This document shows, piece by piece, positions 8,472 through 17,461 of a stretch of 64,000 bases of DNA (positions are counted from its first letter, which is position 1; every line of letters begins with the position of its first letter). Source of the DNA: Chloroflexota bacterium (lineage in GTDB: Bacteria; Chloroflexota; UBA11872); the NCBI GenBank assembly GCA_965243625.1, contig CBDEVI010000002.1, positions 2,201,496 to 2,265,495 of the forward strand, in the 5' to 3' direction. The position numbers were made by a program, and so were the translations under genes. Under the pieces are notes generated by a model. That model was not told where the DNA came from. It made no database searches and worked only from the letters and a program-made list of their open reading frames with translations.

Positions 8472-10153
8472 CCGCGCGCCTCGGCGGAGTGGAAGACATC
8501 GACCCCGCCCCGCAGCGAGCCGTCCCGACCGGCCAGGATCGTCACCGGGCTGGCGAAGGCCGACTGCTCCGGATAGGGCGGCACCTGCACGTCCCAGCCG
8601 CGCGCTCGCAGGTCCTCGTGCACCGCGTCGCCCAGGCGGGCGTCGGCGGTGACCCACGGCGTGCTCGCGTCGATGCGCGGCGCGTCGATGGCCTCCTGCG
8701 CGCCCATTTGCTGATCCACGACGTGGGAAATGATCTGCGAGACGCAGTTGGTGATGCGGCGTCCGCCGGACGCGCCGACGGCGAGCAGCGGGCGCCCGCC
8801 GCGCGTGACGATGGCGGGCGTCATGTTGCTGAGGCCGAACGAGCGCGGCCGCAGGCTGTTCGGGCGCCCCGGCCGCGGGTCGAACCACCACATGCCGTCG
8901 TTCCAGCAGATGCCGGTGCCGCGCGGCACGATCTCGGCCCCCCAGGCCCCGCCCAGCGTGTTGGTCAGCGACACGAACATGCCGTCGCCGTCCGCCGTGC
9001 ACAGATGCGTGGTGGACGAGTCGCCCTTCAGGCGCTCCATCTCGCGGTCGGCCGCCATGTAGGCCCAGGGATCGCCGGGACCGGCCGACACGGGCGCGCG
9101 CTTCGGATCGATCGACTCGGCCTGCGCCGCTGCGTGCGATTTGCCGACCAGCTCGGCCCAGGGCGCGTCGACGAAGTCCGGATCGCCCATGTGTTGGAAC
9201 CGATCGGCCTGCGCCAGCCGCGACGCCCAGATGTAGGCGTGCAGCCGGTCCGCATCGGCTTGGCTTCCGGATCCGTCGTATGCCTGCTCGAATACGTTGA
9301 GTGTGCCGGCAGTCGTCGGCCCCGCGCAGCCCGGGCCGGGCGTGATGACGGTGGCATCGCGATAGGCCGTTTCGAGCGGCTCCATCGCCCAGGCGCGGTA
9401 CTGGGCCAGGTCGTCGCGGCGCAGCGCGCCGCCGTTGGCCACGCAGTCGTCCACGATCGCCTTGGCCAGGTCGCCCCGATAGAGGGCGTCCGGCCCGTCG
9501 CGCGCGATGGCGTCCAGGCTGTCGGCCAGGTCGGGCTGCACCAGCAGGGGCTCCTCGCCCACGTCGGCGCGCGGCGGGCCGCCGTCGGCGTAGTAGACGC
9601 GCCCCAGCTCCGCGCGGCGCTGCCCGGCAGCCGCGTGCCGGCCCATTTGCAGCAGGTCGAACCACGTCAGCCGCGACCCGCGGCGCGCCAGCTCGACCGC
9701 CGGTTCCACCAACTCCCGCCACGGCAGACGGCCGTGCCGCTCGTGGAGCAGGGCCAGCCCCGCGACCGCGCCGGGAATCGACATCGACGACCAGCCGATC
9801 AGGTTCGCGTCGTCCACCACCCCCGGCCAGAGAAAGGCGCCGAGGGCGCCCCGGCCGTCCAGTGGATACCGATCGAGCGTGGCCAGGGCCGGCGACTGCA
9901 TGGGAAAGGCCACCACGTCGGCGCCATCCGGTCCCGCCACCACGCAATACCCACCGCCGCCGATGCCGCTCGACCACGGCTCGGCCACGCCGACGGCGAA
10001 GGCCGCCGCCACCGCCGCGTCAACCGCGTTGCCCCCCGCCTGCAGCGTGTCCAGGCCAATGGCGCTGGCCTCGGGGTGCTTGGTGGCGACCAGACCGCGC
10101 GACCCTTCCACCTCGGATTTCTGGATCGAGACCTGTGTGCGCGCGGGATCCAT
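8465..10153 (-). CDS. ggt: Gamma-glutamyltransferase family protein
   Basis: GGNAVDAAVA, SGIGGGG, TTHLCT nucleophile region, SLTNTL, GASGGRRI. Confidence 0.88.
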   Translation of the reverse strand: MDPARTQVSIQKSEVEGSRGLVATKHPEASAIGLDTLQAGGNAVDAAVAAAFAVGVAEPWSSGIGGGGYCVVAGPDGADVVAFPMQSPALATLDRYPLDGRGALGAFLWPGVVDDANLIGWSSMSIPGAVAGLALLHERHGRLPWRELVEPAVELARRGSRLTWFDLLQMGRHAAAGQRRAELGRVYYADGGPPRADVGEEPLLVQPDLADSLDAIARDGPDALYRGDLAKAIVDDCVANGGALRRDDLAQYRAWAMEPLETAYRDATVITPGPGCAGPTTAGTLNVFEQAYDGSGSQADADRLHAYIWASRLAQADRFQHMGDPDFVDAPWAELVGKSHAAAQAESIDPKRAPVSAGPGDPWAYMAADREMERLKGDSSTTHLCTADGDGMFVSLTNTLGGAWGAEIVPRGTGICWNDGMWWFDPRPGRPNSLRPRSFGLSNMTPAIVTRGGRPLLAVGASGGRRITNCVSQIISHVVDQQMGAQEAIDAPRIDASTPWVTADARLGDAVHEDLRARGWDVQVPPYPEQSAFASPVTILAGRDGSLRGGVDVFHSAEARGW

Positions 10154-11136
10154 CAGGCCACCGCCGTTTCCGAGAACAGCGCGCTCACCGACTCGCCGGT
10201 ATGGATGCGCCGGATAGCCTCGGCCAGCAGGGGAGCGACCGGCAGCACGCGAATCTTGCCCTGGGGCCGGCCCGGATCGAGCGGGATGCTGTCGGTCACC
10301 ACCATCCCCTCCAGCGGCGACGCCTCCACGATGTCGTAGGCCTCGCCGGTGAACACCGGGTGCACACAGGCAGCGTATACGGCCCGCGGCTCCTGTTTCA
10401 GGATTTCTCGCAAGCCCTCGCGTATGGACTGCCCGGTGACCACCTCGTCCTCCACGTAGAGCACGGTTCGTCCGCGCACGTCGCCCACCAGCCCGCGAAC
10501 CATGACCTCGGCCGAAATCGGGTCGCGGAACTTGTCCAGCACGGCCAGCGGCGCTCGCAGCCGCCGCGCGCACTCGCTGGCGGTCTTGATGCGTCCGGTA
10601 TCGCCCACAACCACCAGGTCGTCGAATCCCAGGTCTTCGAAGTATTGGGTGAGCAGCGGCATTCCGCTCAAGTGGTCGCTGGGGATGCTGAAGAATCCCC
10701 CGATTTGCTCGGCGTGCAGGTCCAGCGTGAGCACGCGGTTGGCGCCGGCGGTGGCCAGCAGGTCGGCGACGAGGCGCGCCGTGATCGCCACGCGCGGCTG
10801 GTCCTTCTTGTCGGACCGCATGTATGGAAAGTAGGGCACGACGGCCGTCACGCGCGCGGCCGAGGCGCGGCGCAGGGCGTCGATGGTGATGAATAGCTCC
10901 ATCACCGACTGGTTGACCGGCCGGCCCGCCGTTTGGACCACGAAGACGTCGGCTTCGCGCACGTTTTCCAGCACGCGGACAAAGGTGTTGTCGTTGCCGT
11001 ACTCGAAGGTCTCCATGGCGCCGGGCTCGCAGCCCAACTCGCGGCAGATGCCCTCGGTGAGCACGGGGTGCCCGCGGCAGCCGAAGACCATCAGCCCGTT
11101 GTCGTGCATGCTCAAGCGCCTTCCGTCGAGAGCCAC
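10153..11136 (-). CDS. prs: Ribose-phosphate pyrophosphokinase (divergent)
   Basis: ENVREADVF, DALRRASA, PYFPYMRSDKK, LDLHAEQIGGFF; alternative start at 11109. Confidence 0.8.
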   Translation of the reverse strand: MALDGRRLSMHDNGLMVFGCRGHPVLTEGICRELGCEPGAMETFEYGNDNTFVRVLENVREADVFVVQTAGRPVNQSVMELFITIDALRRASAARVTAVVPYFPYMRSDKKDQPRVAITARLVADLLATAGANRVLTLDLHAEQIGGFFSIPSDHLSGMPLLTQYFEDLGFDDLVVVGDTGRIKTASECARRLRAPLAVLDKFRDPISAEVMVRGLVGDVRGRTVLYVEDEVVTGQSIREGLREILKQEPRAVYAACVHPVFTGEAYDIVEASPLEGMVVTDSIPLDPGRPQGKIRVLPVAPLLAEAIRRIHTGESVSALFSETAVA

Positions 11137-11139
11137 CGG

Positions 11140-11574
11140 TCAGCGGATCGGGTCGTAGCACACGGTGACCGGAATCGGGCTCTGGCGCAGCACGTGCGTC
11201 GCCGTGGATCCCAGGTCGCACTCGTGCTGTCCCAGAAAGCGATGCGTGCCGATCACGATCGAAGCCGCGTCGTGGCGCAGCGCCGCCGCGATGATCGCCG
11301 TCGAAGCCGCGCGCGCCTGGCACACCTCGGTTTGCACCTTCACGCGTCGATCCCCCACGTGCTCCTGGGCTGCCGCCAAGACTGCTTCAGCCCGAACCAG
11401 CGCCTGCTCATCCGAGGTTTCCAGCGGTTGCTGATGACCGACCTCGATCACGTTCAACAGCAGGAGCGGCCGTCGATGCCGTCGCGCCAGCAGCGCGGCC
11501 GTGCCGGTGACGATTTCGTCCATATGCCCACCGTTGACGGCCGCCGCTACCGGTCCCTGGCCGTCTTCGTCCAC
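11140..11574 (-). CDS. Universal stress protein (Usp)
   Basis: IVIGTH...LGSTATHVLRQSPIPVTV C-terminal Usp signature. Confidence 0.8.
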   Translation of the reverse strand: MDEDGQGPVAAAVNGGHMDEIVTGTAALLARRHRRPLLLLNVIEVGHQQPLETSDEQALVRAEAVLAAAQEHVGDRRVKVQTEVCQARAASTAIIAAALRHDAASIVIGTHRFLGQHECDLGSTATHVLRQSPIPVTVCYDPIR

Positions 11575-11589
11575 GCTGGCCGGCGCCGC

Positions 11590-12615
11590 CTATCCGGCGG
11601 CCGCCGCCACCGCCTCGTCCTCGGCAGCCGCGCCCAGGGTCGCCGCCCGCACCGCCTGGTCGACTTGTTCCGCCAGGTCCGCGTTCTCGCGCAGGAACGT
11701 CTTGGCGTTTTCGCGTCCCATGCCCAGCCGCGTGCCGTCGTAGGAGTAGTGGGCGCCGCTCTTGGTGAGGATTCCCTGCTCCACGCCGAGGTCCAGCAGG
11801 TCGCCTTCCCGCGAGATGCCGGTGCCGTACATCATGTCGAACTCCGCCGTGCGGAAGGGCGGCGCGACCTTGTTCTTGACGACACGCACTCGGGTGCGGG
11901 CACCCACGCTCTCAGTTCCGACCTTGATCGTCCCGATGCGCCGGATGTCGAGCCGCACCGAGGAGTAGAACTTCAGCGCACGTCCGCCGGGCGTGGTTTC
12001 CGGGTTGCCGAACATGACGCCGATCTTCTCGCGCAGCTGGTTGATGAAGATGACGATGGCGCGCGAGCGATTGATGTTCGCCGTGAGCTTGCGCATGGCC
12101 TGCGACATCAGGCGGGCCTGCAGGCCCACCTGCATGTCGCCCATGTCGCCCTCGATCTCGGCACGGGGAACGAGCGCCGCCACCGAGTCCACCACGATGA
12201 TGTCCACGGCGTTGCTGCGCACGAAGACGTCGGTGATCTCGAGCGCCTCTTCGCCCGTGTTCGGCTGCGAGACGATCAGATCGGCGATGTTCACGCCGAG
12301 CTGCTCGGCGTACGACGGGTCCAGTGCGTGCTCGACGTCCGTGAACACCGCCGTCCCGCCCGCGCGCTGCGCTTCGGCTACCGCGTGCAGCGCCAGCGTG
12401 GTCTTGCCCGAGCTCTCGGGGCCGAAAATCTCCACCACGCGGCCCCGCGGGAGCCCGCCCACGCCCAGGGCAAGGTCGATGCTCAACGAGCCGGTGGAGA
12501 CGACGGGAATCGGGTCGCGGGCCTGGTCGTCCATGCGCATGACCGCGCCGGCGCCGAACTTGCGCTCAATCTGAGCGATGGCGGAATCGATGGCGCCCGA
12601 GCGCTCGTCAGACAT
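11590..12615 (-). CDS. recA: Recombinase RecA
   Basis: [43 protein letters not shown]. Confidence 0.99.
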   Translation of the reverse strand: MSDERSGAIDSAIAQIERKFGAGAVMRMDDQARDPIPVVSTGSLSIDLALGVGGLPRGRVVEIFGPESSGKTTLALHAVAEAQRAGGTAVFTDVEHALDPSYAEQLGVNIADLIVSQPNTGEEALEITDVFVRSNAVDIIVVDSVAALVPRAEIEGDMGDMQVGLQARLMSQAMRKLTANINRSRAIVIFINQLREKIGVMFGNPETTPGGRALKFYSSVRLDIRRIGTIKVGTESVGARTRVRVVKNKVAPPFRTAEFDMMYGTGISREGDLLDLGVEQGILTKSGAHYSYDGTRLGMGRENAKTFLRENADLAEQVDQAVRAATLGAAAEDEAVAAAAG

Positions 12616-12760
12616 GGATTTCCCCCCTGAGCACGAGGCGCTCGCCGCGCCGCGTCATGGTAACCGAGGGGCCGTGCCGAGGCATCCGAACCGGCGCCGG
12701 TTGCCGTCCCCGCGGTTGCGGGCTAGCTTGCAGCACGGCTCCGAATCCGAGGCCCTTGCG

Positions 12761-13810
12761 ATGCTTCCGAGGACGATGACCGCCGCCGTGCTCCACGGCC
12801 CCGGCGACTTGCGAATCGAGACCCGTCCCGTTCCCGGCGTCGAGCCGACCGACGTGGCGGTGGACGTGGACTTTTGCGGCATCTGCGGCACCGACCTGCA
12901 CTACTGGGACGGCTGGACCTTCGACGCCTGGCTGCCCAACTACGACCAACCCTGGGTGCCGGGTCACGAGTTCACCGGCACGGTGGCGGCAGTCGGCGGC
13001 GCGGTACCGGAGCTTCAAGTGGGCGACCGCGTGGTGGTCGAGCCGCGCACGCCCTGTCAGACCTGCCCGCCCTGCCGCAAGGGCATCACCAATTTCTGCA
13101 CCAGCATGCGCGGCATGCGCGGCAGCGGAGCCTGGGCCGAGTACACCGTGGTGGACTATCGCAACGTCGTGCGGTTCCCCGACCACCTGGACCCGCAACT
13201 GGTGAGCCTCACCGAGCCGCTGGGCTGCGTGCTGCGCGGGTTCGACCGCATCGACATCACCGCCGGCGATTTCGTGTTCGTGGCCGGGGCCGGGCCGATC
13301 GGTCTGCTGGCGATGCAGATGGCCAAGCACAGCGGCGCCTCCCGCGTGCTGGTCAGCGAGCCCCACCCCTCGCGCCGCGACCTGGTGGCGGAGCTTGGCG
13401 CCGACGTCATCCTGGACCCGACCACCGACGACGTGCCCGCGGCGGTGCGCGACGCCACGCGCGGCCTGGGCGCCGACATCTGCATCGAGGCCGCCGGCGT
13501 GAATCCGGCCTTCCAGGCCTGCATCGACAGCGTCCGCGACAGCGGCACGATCCTGGTGCTGAGCCTGGCCAATCCGGAGGCGAAATTCGACCTCAAGCCC
13601 TACGACCTGTTCTCGCACGAGCTGCGCATCGTGGGCAGCAACACCCGGCTCAACACATTCCAGCGCGCCCTGGACCTCGTGCCCCTGCTGGACCTGGAGC
13701 CCATCGTCACCGAGGTGCTGCCGCTCACCGAGGCTGTAACCGGCGTGCGCCGCGCCAAGGCCGGCGAGGGCGGCAAGATCGTGCTGGATTGCCGCGGAGG
13801 CGCGGGCTAG
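12761..13810 (+). CDS. Zinc-dependent medium-chain alcohol dehydrogenase
   Basis: CGICGTD, GHEFTG, CxxCxxC...C structural Zn site, GAGPIG. Confidence 0.9.
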   Translation: MLPRTMTAAVLHGPGDLRIETRPVPGVEPTDVAVDVDFCGICGTDLHYWDGWTFDAWLPNYDQPWVPGHEFTGTVAAVGGAVPELQVGDRVVVEPRTPCQTCPPCRKGITNFCTSMRGMRGSGAWAEYTVVDYRNVVRFPDHLDPQLVSLTEPLGCVLRGFDRIDITAGDFVFVAGAGPIGLLAMQMAKHSGASRVLVSEPHPSRRDLVAELGADVILDPTTDDVPAAVRDATRGLGADICIEAAGVNPAFQACIDSVRDSGTILVLSLANPEAKFDLKPYDLFSHELRIVGSNTRLNTFQRALDLVPLLDLEPIVTEVLPLTEAVTGVRRAKAGEGGKIVLDCRGGAG

Positions 13811-13828
13811 CGCGCAGAGGAGACGAGG

Positions 13829-14281
13829 ATGTCGTTCGAACAACGGCTGACCGAACTCGGCATCGAGCTGCCGGACGCGCCGCGGCCGATGGCTAGCTAT
13901 GTCCCGGCGGTTCGCAGCGGCGTGCAGCTCTGGATCGCGGGGCAGCCGCCGGGTCCCGATTGGGGCGGCGGGCAGATTGGCCGGGAGTACACGATCGAAC
14001 AAGGCGCGGCGGCGGCTCGCGCCGCCGGGCTGAACATCCTGGCCCAGGTGCGGCAGGCGGCCGGATCGCTGGACCGGGTGCGGCAGGTCGTCAAGATCGT
14101 TGGGTTCGTGAACGTGGCGCCGGGCATGGACCAGGCCCACCGGGTGGTCAACGGCTGCTCGGACCTGATGGTCGAGGTCTTTGGCGACGCGGGCCGCCAT
14201 GCGCGATCCGCCGTGGGCACGAGCACGCTGCCGGTGAACATTCCGGTGGAGATCGAGGCGGTGTTCGAGTTGGAGGCGTAG
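13829..14281 (+). CDS. RidA/YjgF family protein
   Basis: YVPAVRSG, VNGCSDL..EVFG..GRHARSAVG, PVEIE. Confidence 0.88.
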   Translation: MSFEQRLTELGIELPDAPRPMASYVPAVRSGVQLWIAGQPPGPDWGGGQIGREYTIEQGAAAARAAGLNILAQVRQAAGSLDRVRQVVKIVGFVNVAPGMDQAHRVVNGCSDLMVEVFGDAGRHARSAVGTSTLPVNIPVEIEAVFELEA

Positions 14282-14322
14282 CGTTCGGGCGAGCCGCACG
14301 GGGAGACGATTCAACAGCTAGA

Positions 14323-14349
14323 TAAGGGCGGTTCGCGAACCGCCCCTAC
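14323..14349 (-). repeat. GTAG-type REP palindrome
   Basis: Minus strand GTAG-GGGCGGTTCGCGAACCGCCC, a perfect 20-nt palindrome with a GTAG foot. Confidence 0.7.
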
Positions 14350-14369
14350 CCGAAGCACTCAGCGCGCCT

Positions 14370-14456
14370 TCTGGTTCGACCGGACTGGATTCCGGCTCCC
14401 CGCCTGCGCGGTGACAGGCTCCGCCGGAATGACGGAGGGGTGGCGAACAAGGTCCC
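14370..14456 (+). repeat. Right-half MITE remnant whose REP hairpin carries a 22-nt insert
   Basis: Shares GGTTCGACCGGACTGGATTCCGGC...CTCCGCCGGAATGACGG with copy 1; insert TCCCCGCCTGCGCGGTGACAGG at 14397-14418. Confidence 0.65.
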
Positions 14457-14546
14457 CTTAAGCAGGAACGGCCCGCTCGATGGCGGACCGTTTCTGCGTC
14501 TCCGAACATCAGGCCCGCAGCCGGTGGCCGCGGGCGAAGACTCGCG

Positions 14547-14600
14547 CTAGCTCGCGCGCACCTTCTCTGTTCGGGGACCCTTCGGACTGGCATCGCCCAT
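14547..14600 (-). CDS. Candidate 17-aa small ORF MGDASPKGPRTEKVRAS
   Basis: AAGGGGGTGATC strong SD-like sequence just upstream of the ATG; no homology evidence. Confidence 0.3.
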   Translation of the reverse strand: MGDASPKGPRTEKVRAS

Positions 14601-14796
14601 ACAGATCACCCCCTTCGCGTTTCGGGATATTCCGGCCGGCAGCCGGTGCCCGTTATGGGGTGAGTGTACGTCACGGCGCGGTGGATGGTCGCGCGGGGTC
14701 GCAGGCGACTCTCAAACCAGTGCGCCGCCTAGCGACCCGGCGCCGACGGGTAACCTCGATCCATAGGCTGACCCGCGGGGTGGATTCCCGCCTTCG

Positions 14797-14917
14797 GAGA
14801 CCATTGCAAAACCCAGCCGGGCTTGGGGAAGACCGGTCGCAATCTGTCCGCCCCGAGGATCATTGAAGGGTGGATTCCCGCCTTCGCGGGAATGACGAAG
14901 GGTCACGCAAGGGTCTC
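14797..14917 (+). mobile_element. MITE copy 2 (121 bp) inserted in a REP hairpin
   Basis: GAGACCATTGC...GCAAGGGTCTC; flanks CCTTCG/CATTCG; split host TGGATTCCCG|...|CGGGAATG. Confidence 0.8.
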
Positions 14918-14983
14918 CATTCGCGGGAATGTCGGGCTAAAGGTCGCCCGCTTTCTGCCAAGTGCGGCCGCGAGCACTTCGTC

Positions 14984-16096
14984 TTACGACTGCGGCCCCT
15001 GTCCGCCAATGCCCCATAGCTCGTGGCTTGGCTCCCGGGCCATGAGCCGCTGGCCGGCCTCGGCCACCGGCATGCCGTCGAAGAGCACGACATTCATCAG
15101 CTCGACAATGGGCATCTCCACCTGCAGGCGTTGGGCGAGCCGCAGCGCACCGCGCGCCGCTTCCACGCCCTCGGCCACCATCACCATCTGCGCGGTGATC
15201 TCGTCCAGCGGCCGACCTTGCGCCAGCTGGCTTCCGACGAAGTGGTTGCGGGATTTGGCGCTGCCGCAGGTCGCAATCAGGTCGCCTACGCCGGCCAGGC
15301 CGCTAAACGTGAGGGGATTCGCCCCGGCGGCAACCCCGAGGCGAGTCATCTCGGCGAGCCCCCGCGTCATCAAGACCGCCTTGCCGTTCTGGCTGGAGCG
15401 CAGGCCGTCGGCCATGCCCGCGCCGATGGCGATGACGTTCTTGAGCGATCCGGCCAGCTCGACGCCGATCACGTCGTCGCTGGTGTAGGCGCGGAACCAC
15501 GGCGCTCGCAATGCCTGTTGCACCGTCCGCGCCACTTCCGGGTCCGCCGATGCCACGACCGTGGCCGCGGGCTCGCGGGCGGCGATTTCACGCGCGAAGT
15601 TGGGGCCCGAAACCACCGCGAAGCGATCGGACAGATCACCGCCCACCAACTCGGCCATGGCCTCTGAGACCCGTGCGCCCGTCGGCGGGTCCAAGCCCTT
15701 GATTCCACTGACCAGGATGGCCGACGGCGGCAACCATCGCCCCACGCGCTCCAGGTTCTCCGCCAGCCGCCGCATGGGAACGGCCAGCACGACTAGGTCG
15801 GCGCCGTCGAGCGCCGCCGCGGCGTCGTGGGTGATGGTGAGCGTGTCGGGCAGCGGAATCCCGGGCAGGAAGCGGGTGTTCTCGCGCCGGCGCGCCATGG
15901 CGTCGGCCTCGGCCGCGCCATGGACCCACAGCACGCACGCGCCGCCAACGTCGGCCACCAGCGCCGCCAGCGTGGTGCCCCAGCTCCCGGAACCGATGAC
16001 GGTGACGCGCGTCGGAGTGACCTCGATGTTGGCTGTTGGCCGCACCAGTGTAGGCGTGGGCGGCCGCCTGGAACGGCGGGCGGGTCTGTTGGGCAT
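14984..16096 (-). CDS. gpsA: NAD(P)H-dependent glycerol-3-phosphate dehydrogenase
   Basis: GSGSWGT, SGPNFARE, GSLKNVIA, GLAGVGDLIATC, SRN. Confidence 0.95.
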   Translation of the reverse strand: MPNRPARRSRRPPTPTLVRPTANIEVTPTRVTVIGSGSWGTTLAALVADVGGACVLWVHGAAEADAMARRRENTRFLPGIPLPDTLTITHDAAAALDGADLVVLAVPMRRLAENLERVGRWLPPSAILVSGIKGLDPPTGARVSEAMAELVGGDLSDRFAVVSGPNFAREIAAREPAATVVASADPEVARTVQQALRAPWFRAYTSDDVIGVELAGSLKNVIAIGAGMADGLRSSQNGKAVLMTRGLAEMTRLGVAAGANPLTFSGLAGVGDLIATCGSAKSRNHFVGSQLAQGRPLDEITAQMVMVAEGVEAARGALRLAQRLQVEMPIVELMNVVLFDGMPVAEAGQRLMAREPSHELWGIGGQGPQS

Positions 16097-16164
16097 CCAA
16101 GTCGCGCCGCGTTAGCCTTGCCAGAACCGGACGGAAATCCCAACGACGGCACGCAGGAATCAGC

Positions 16165-17238
16165 ATGGACCAGCCCACGGCGGAAGTGCGCGAGGCGCTG
16201 CGCACGATTCACGACCCATTCCTGGGCGCGGCGTTTAGCGAATACAACCTCGCGCGCGACGTACAGGTCACCGATGGCGCCGTCGCGCTCGGCCTGGTGC
16301 TGCCGGTGCCGCTTGGACCGGTCCAGCAGTCGCTCGACGCGGCCGTTCGCGAGCGGCTGGCCGGGTTGCCGTGGGTCAGCGGCGTCGACATCGAGTGGAC
16401 TAGCAACGTCACCGCAAACTCCGGGTTCGGCCAGTCCGGTCAGCCGCTCCAGGGTGTGAAGAACACCGTGGCCGTCGCCAGCGGCAAGGGGGGCGTGGGC
16501 AAGTCGACCGTGGCGGTGAACCTGACGGTCGCGCTGCACGCCATGGGCGCCAGGGTAGGGATTCTCGACGCCGACATCTACGGCCCCAACGTGCCGGGCA
16601 TGCTCGGCGTCGACGGGCGGCCGATCCTCGCCAACGACAAGATTCAGCCGCTCTACGGCTACGGCGTGCCTGTGATGTCGATGGGGTTCCTGGCCGACGA
16701 GGGCACTGCCATGATCTGGCGCGGGCCCATGGTGGCGCAGGCCCTGCGGCAGCTCATCGAGGACGTGGACTGGGGCCAGCTGGACTACCTGATCGTGGAC
16801 CTGCCGCCGGGCACCGGCGATGCCCCGCTGTCGCTGGCGCAGATCCTGCCGCTGGCCGGCGCGGTGATCGTGAGCACCCCGCAGGAAGTCGCGCTACAGG
16901 ACGTGCGCCGCGGCATCGCCATGTTCGAGAAGCTGCGCGTGCCAAACCTCGGCGTCGTCGAGAACATGTCCTACTTCGTCTGCGGCAACTGCGAGGAGCG
17001 GCACGAAATCTTCGACCACGGCGGCGCCGCGCGCGCCGCGGAGACGGCGGGGGTGCCGTTGCTGGGCGAGATTCCGCTGGACCCGAGCATTCGCAGGGGC
17101 GGCGACCAGGGCCGCCCGCCCGCCGCGTCGGGGGCCGACGATGTGCTCGGGTCGGCGTACTTCGACGCCGCGCAGCACATGACGGCTCAATTGAGCAAGC
17201 TCAACGCCGCCAAGCCGGAGCCGCTGCCGGTTCTCTAG
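16165..17238 (+). CDS. mrp: Mrp/NBP35 (ApbC) Fe-S carrier ATPase
   Basis: ASGKGGVGKST, DADIYGP, WRGPM, DLPPGTGD, ENMS..C..C. Confidence 0.93.
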   Translation: MDQPTAEVREALRTIHDPFLGAAFSEYNLARDVQVTDGAVALGLVLPVPLGPVQQSLDAAVRERLAGLPWVSGVDIEWTSNVTANSGFGQSGQPLQGVKNTVAVASGKGGVGKSTVAVNLTVALHAMGARVGILDADIYGPNVPGMLGVDGRPILANDKIQPLYGYGVPVMSMGFLADEGTAMIWRGPMVAQALRQLIEDVDWGQLDYLIVDLPPGTGDAPLSLAQILPLAGAVIVSTPQEVALQDVRRGIAMFEKLRVPNLGVVENMSYFVCGNCEERHEIFDHGGAARAAETAGVPLLGEIPLDPSIRRGGDQGRPPAASGADDVLGSAYFDAAQHMTAQLSKLNAAKPEPLPVL

Positions 17239-17269
17239 GCCGTTTCCTCTCGTTCCAAGCGCCCCTTCC

Positions 17270-17397
17270 TGTCATTCCGAGCGCCCCTGCCTGTCACTCC
17301 GAGCGCCCCCTTCTGTCATTCCGAGCGCAGCGAGGAATCTAAGGGGCGGGGAGAAGGCACAACCTCCTTAGATTCCTCACGTTCGTTCGGAATGACA
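17270..17397. repeat. REPIN-like inverted doublet (TGTCATTCCGAGC...GGAATCT / AGATTCC...GGAATGACA) preceded by 22-nt tandem partial copies
   Basis: Arms at 17314-17344 and 17366-17397; tandem units at 17270-17291 and 17292-17313; between convergent genes. Confidence 0.8.
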
Positions 17398-17461
17398 GCT
17401 GAACAGACCCTTGGCAACTGCGATGACCGGCATGCGTCGATCTGCGTCGGGATGGAACGCG

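Noticed and set aside
12616-12760. LexA/SOS box upstream of recA
   Set aside because: Only a GC-rich palindrome (AACCGGCGCCGGTT) is visible, with no GAAC-N4-GTTC or CTGT-N8-ACAG match.
17249-17340. Possible mini-CRISPR from regularly spaced TGTCATTCCGAGCGC repeats
   Set aside because: The period is only 22 nt with no unique spacers, there are no cas genes, and the units belong to the REPIN-like family.
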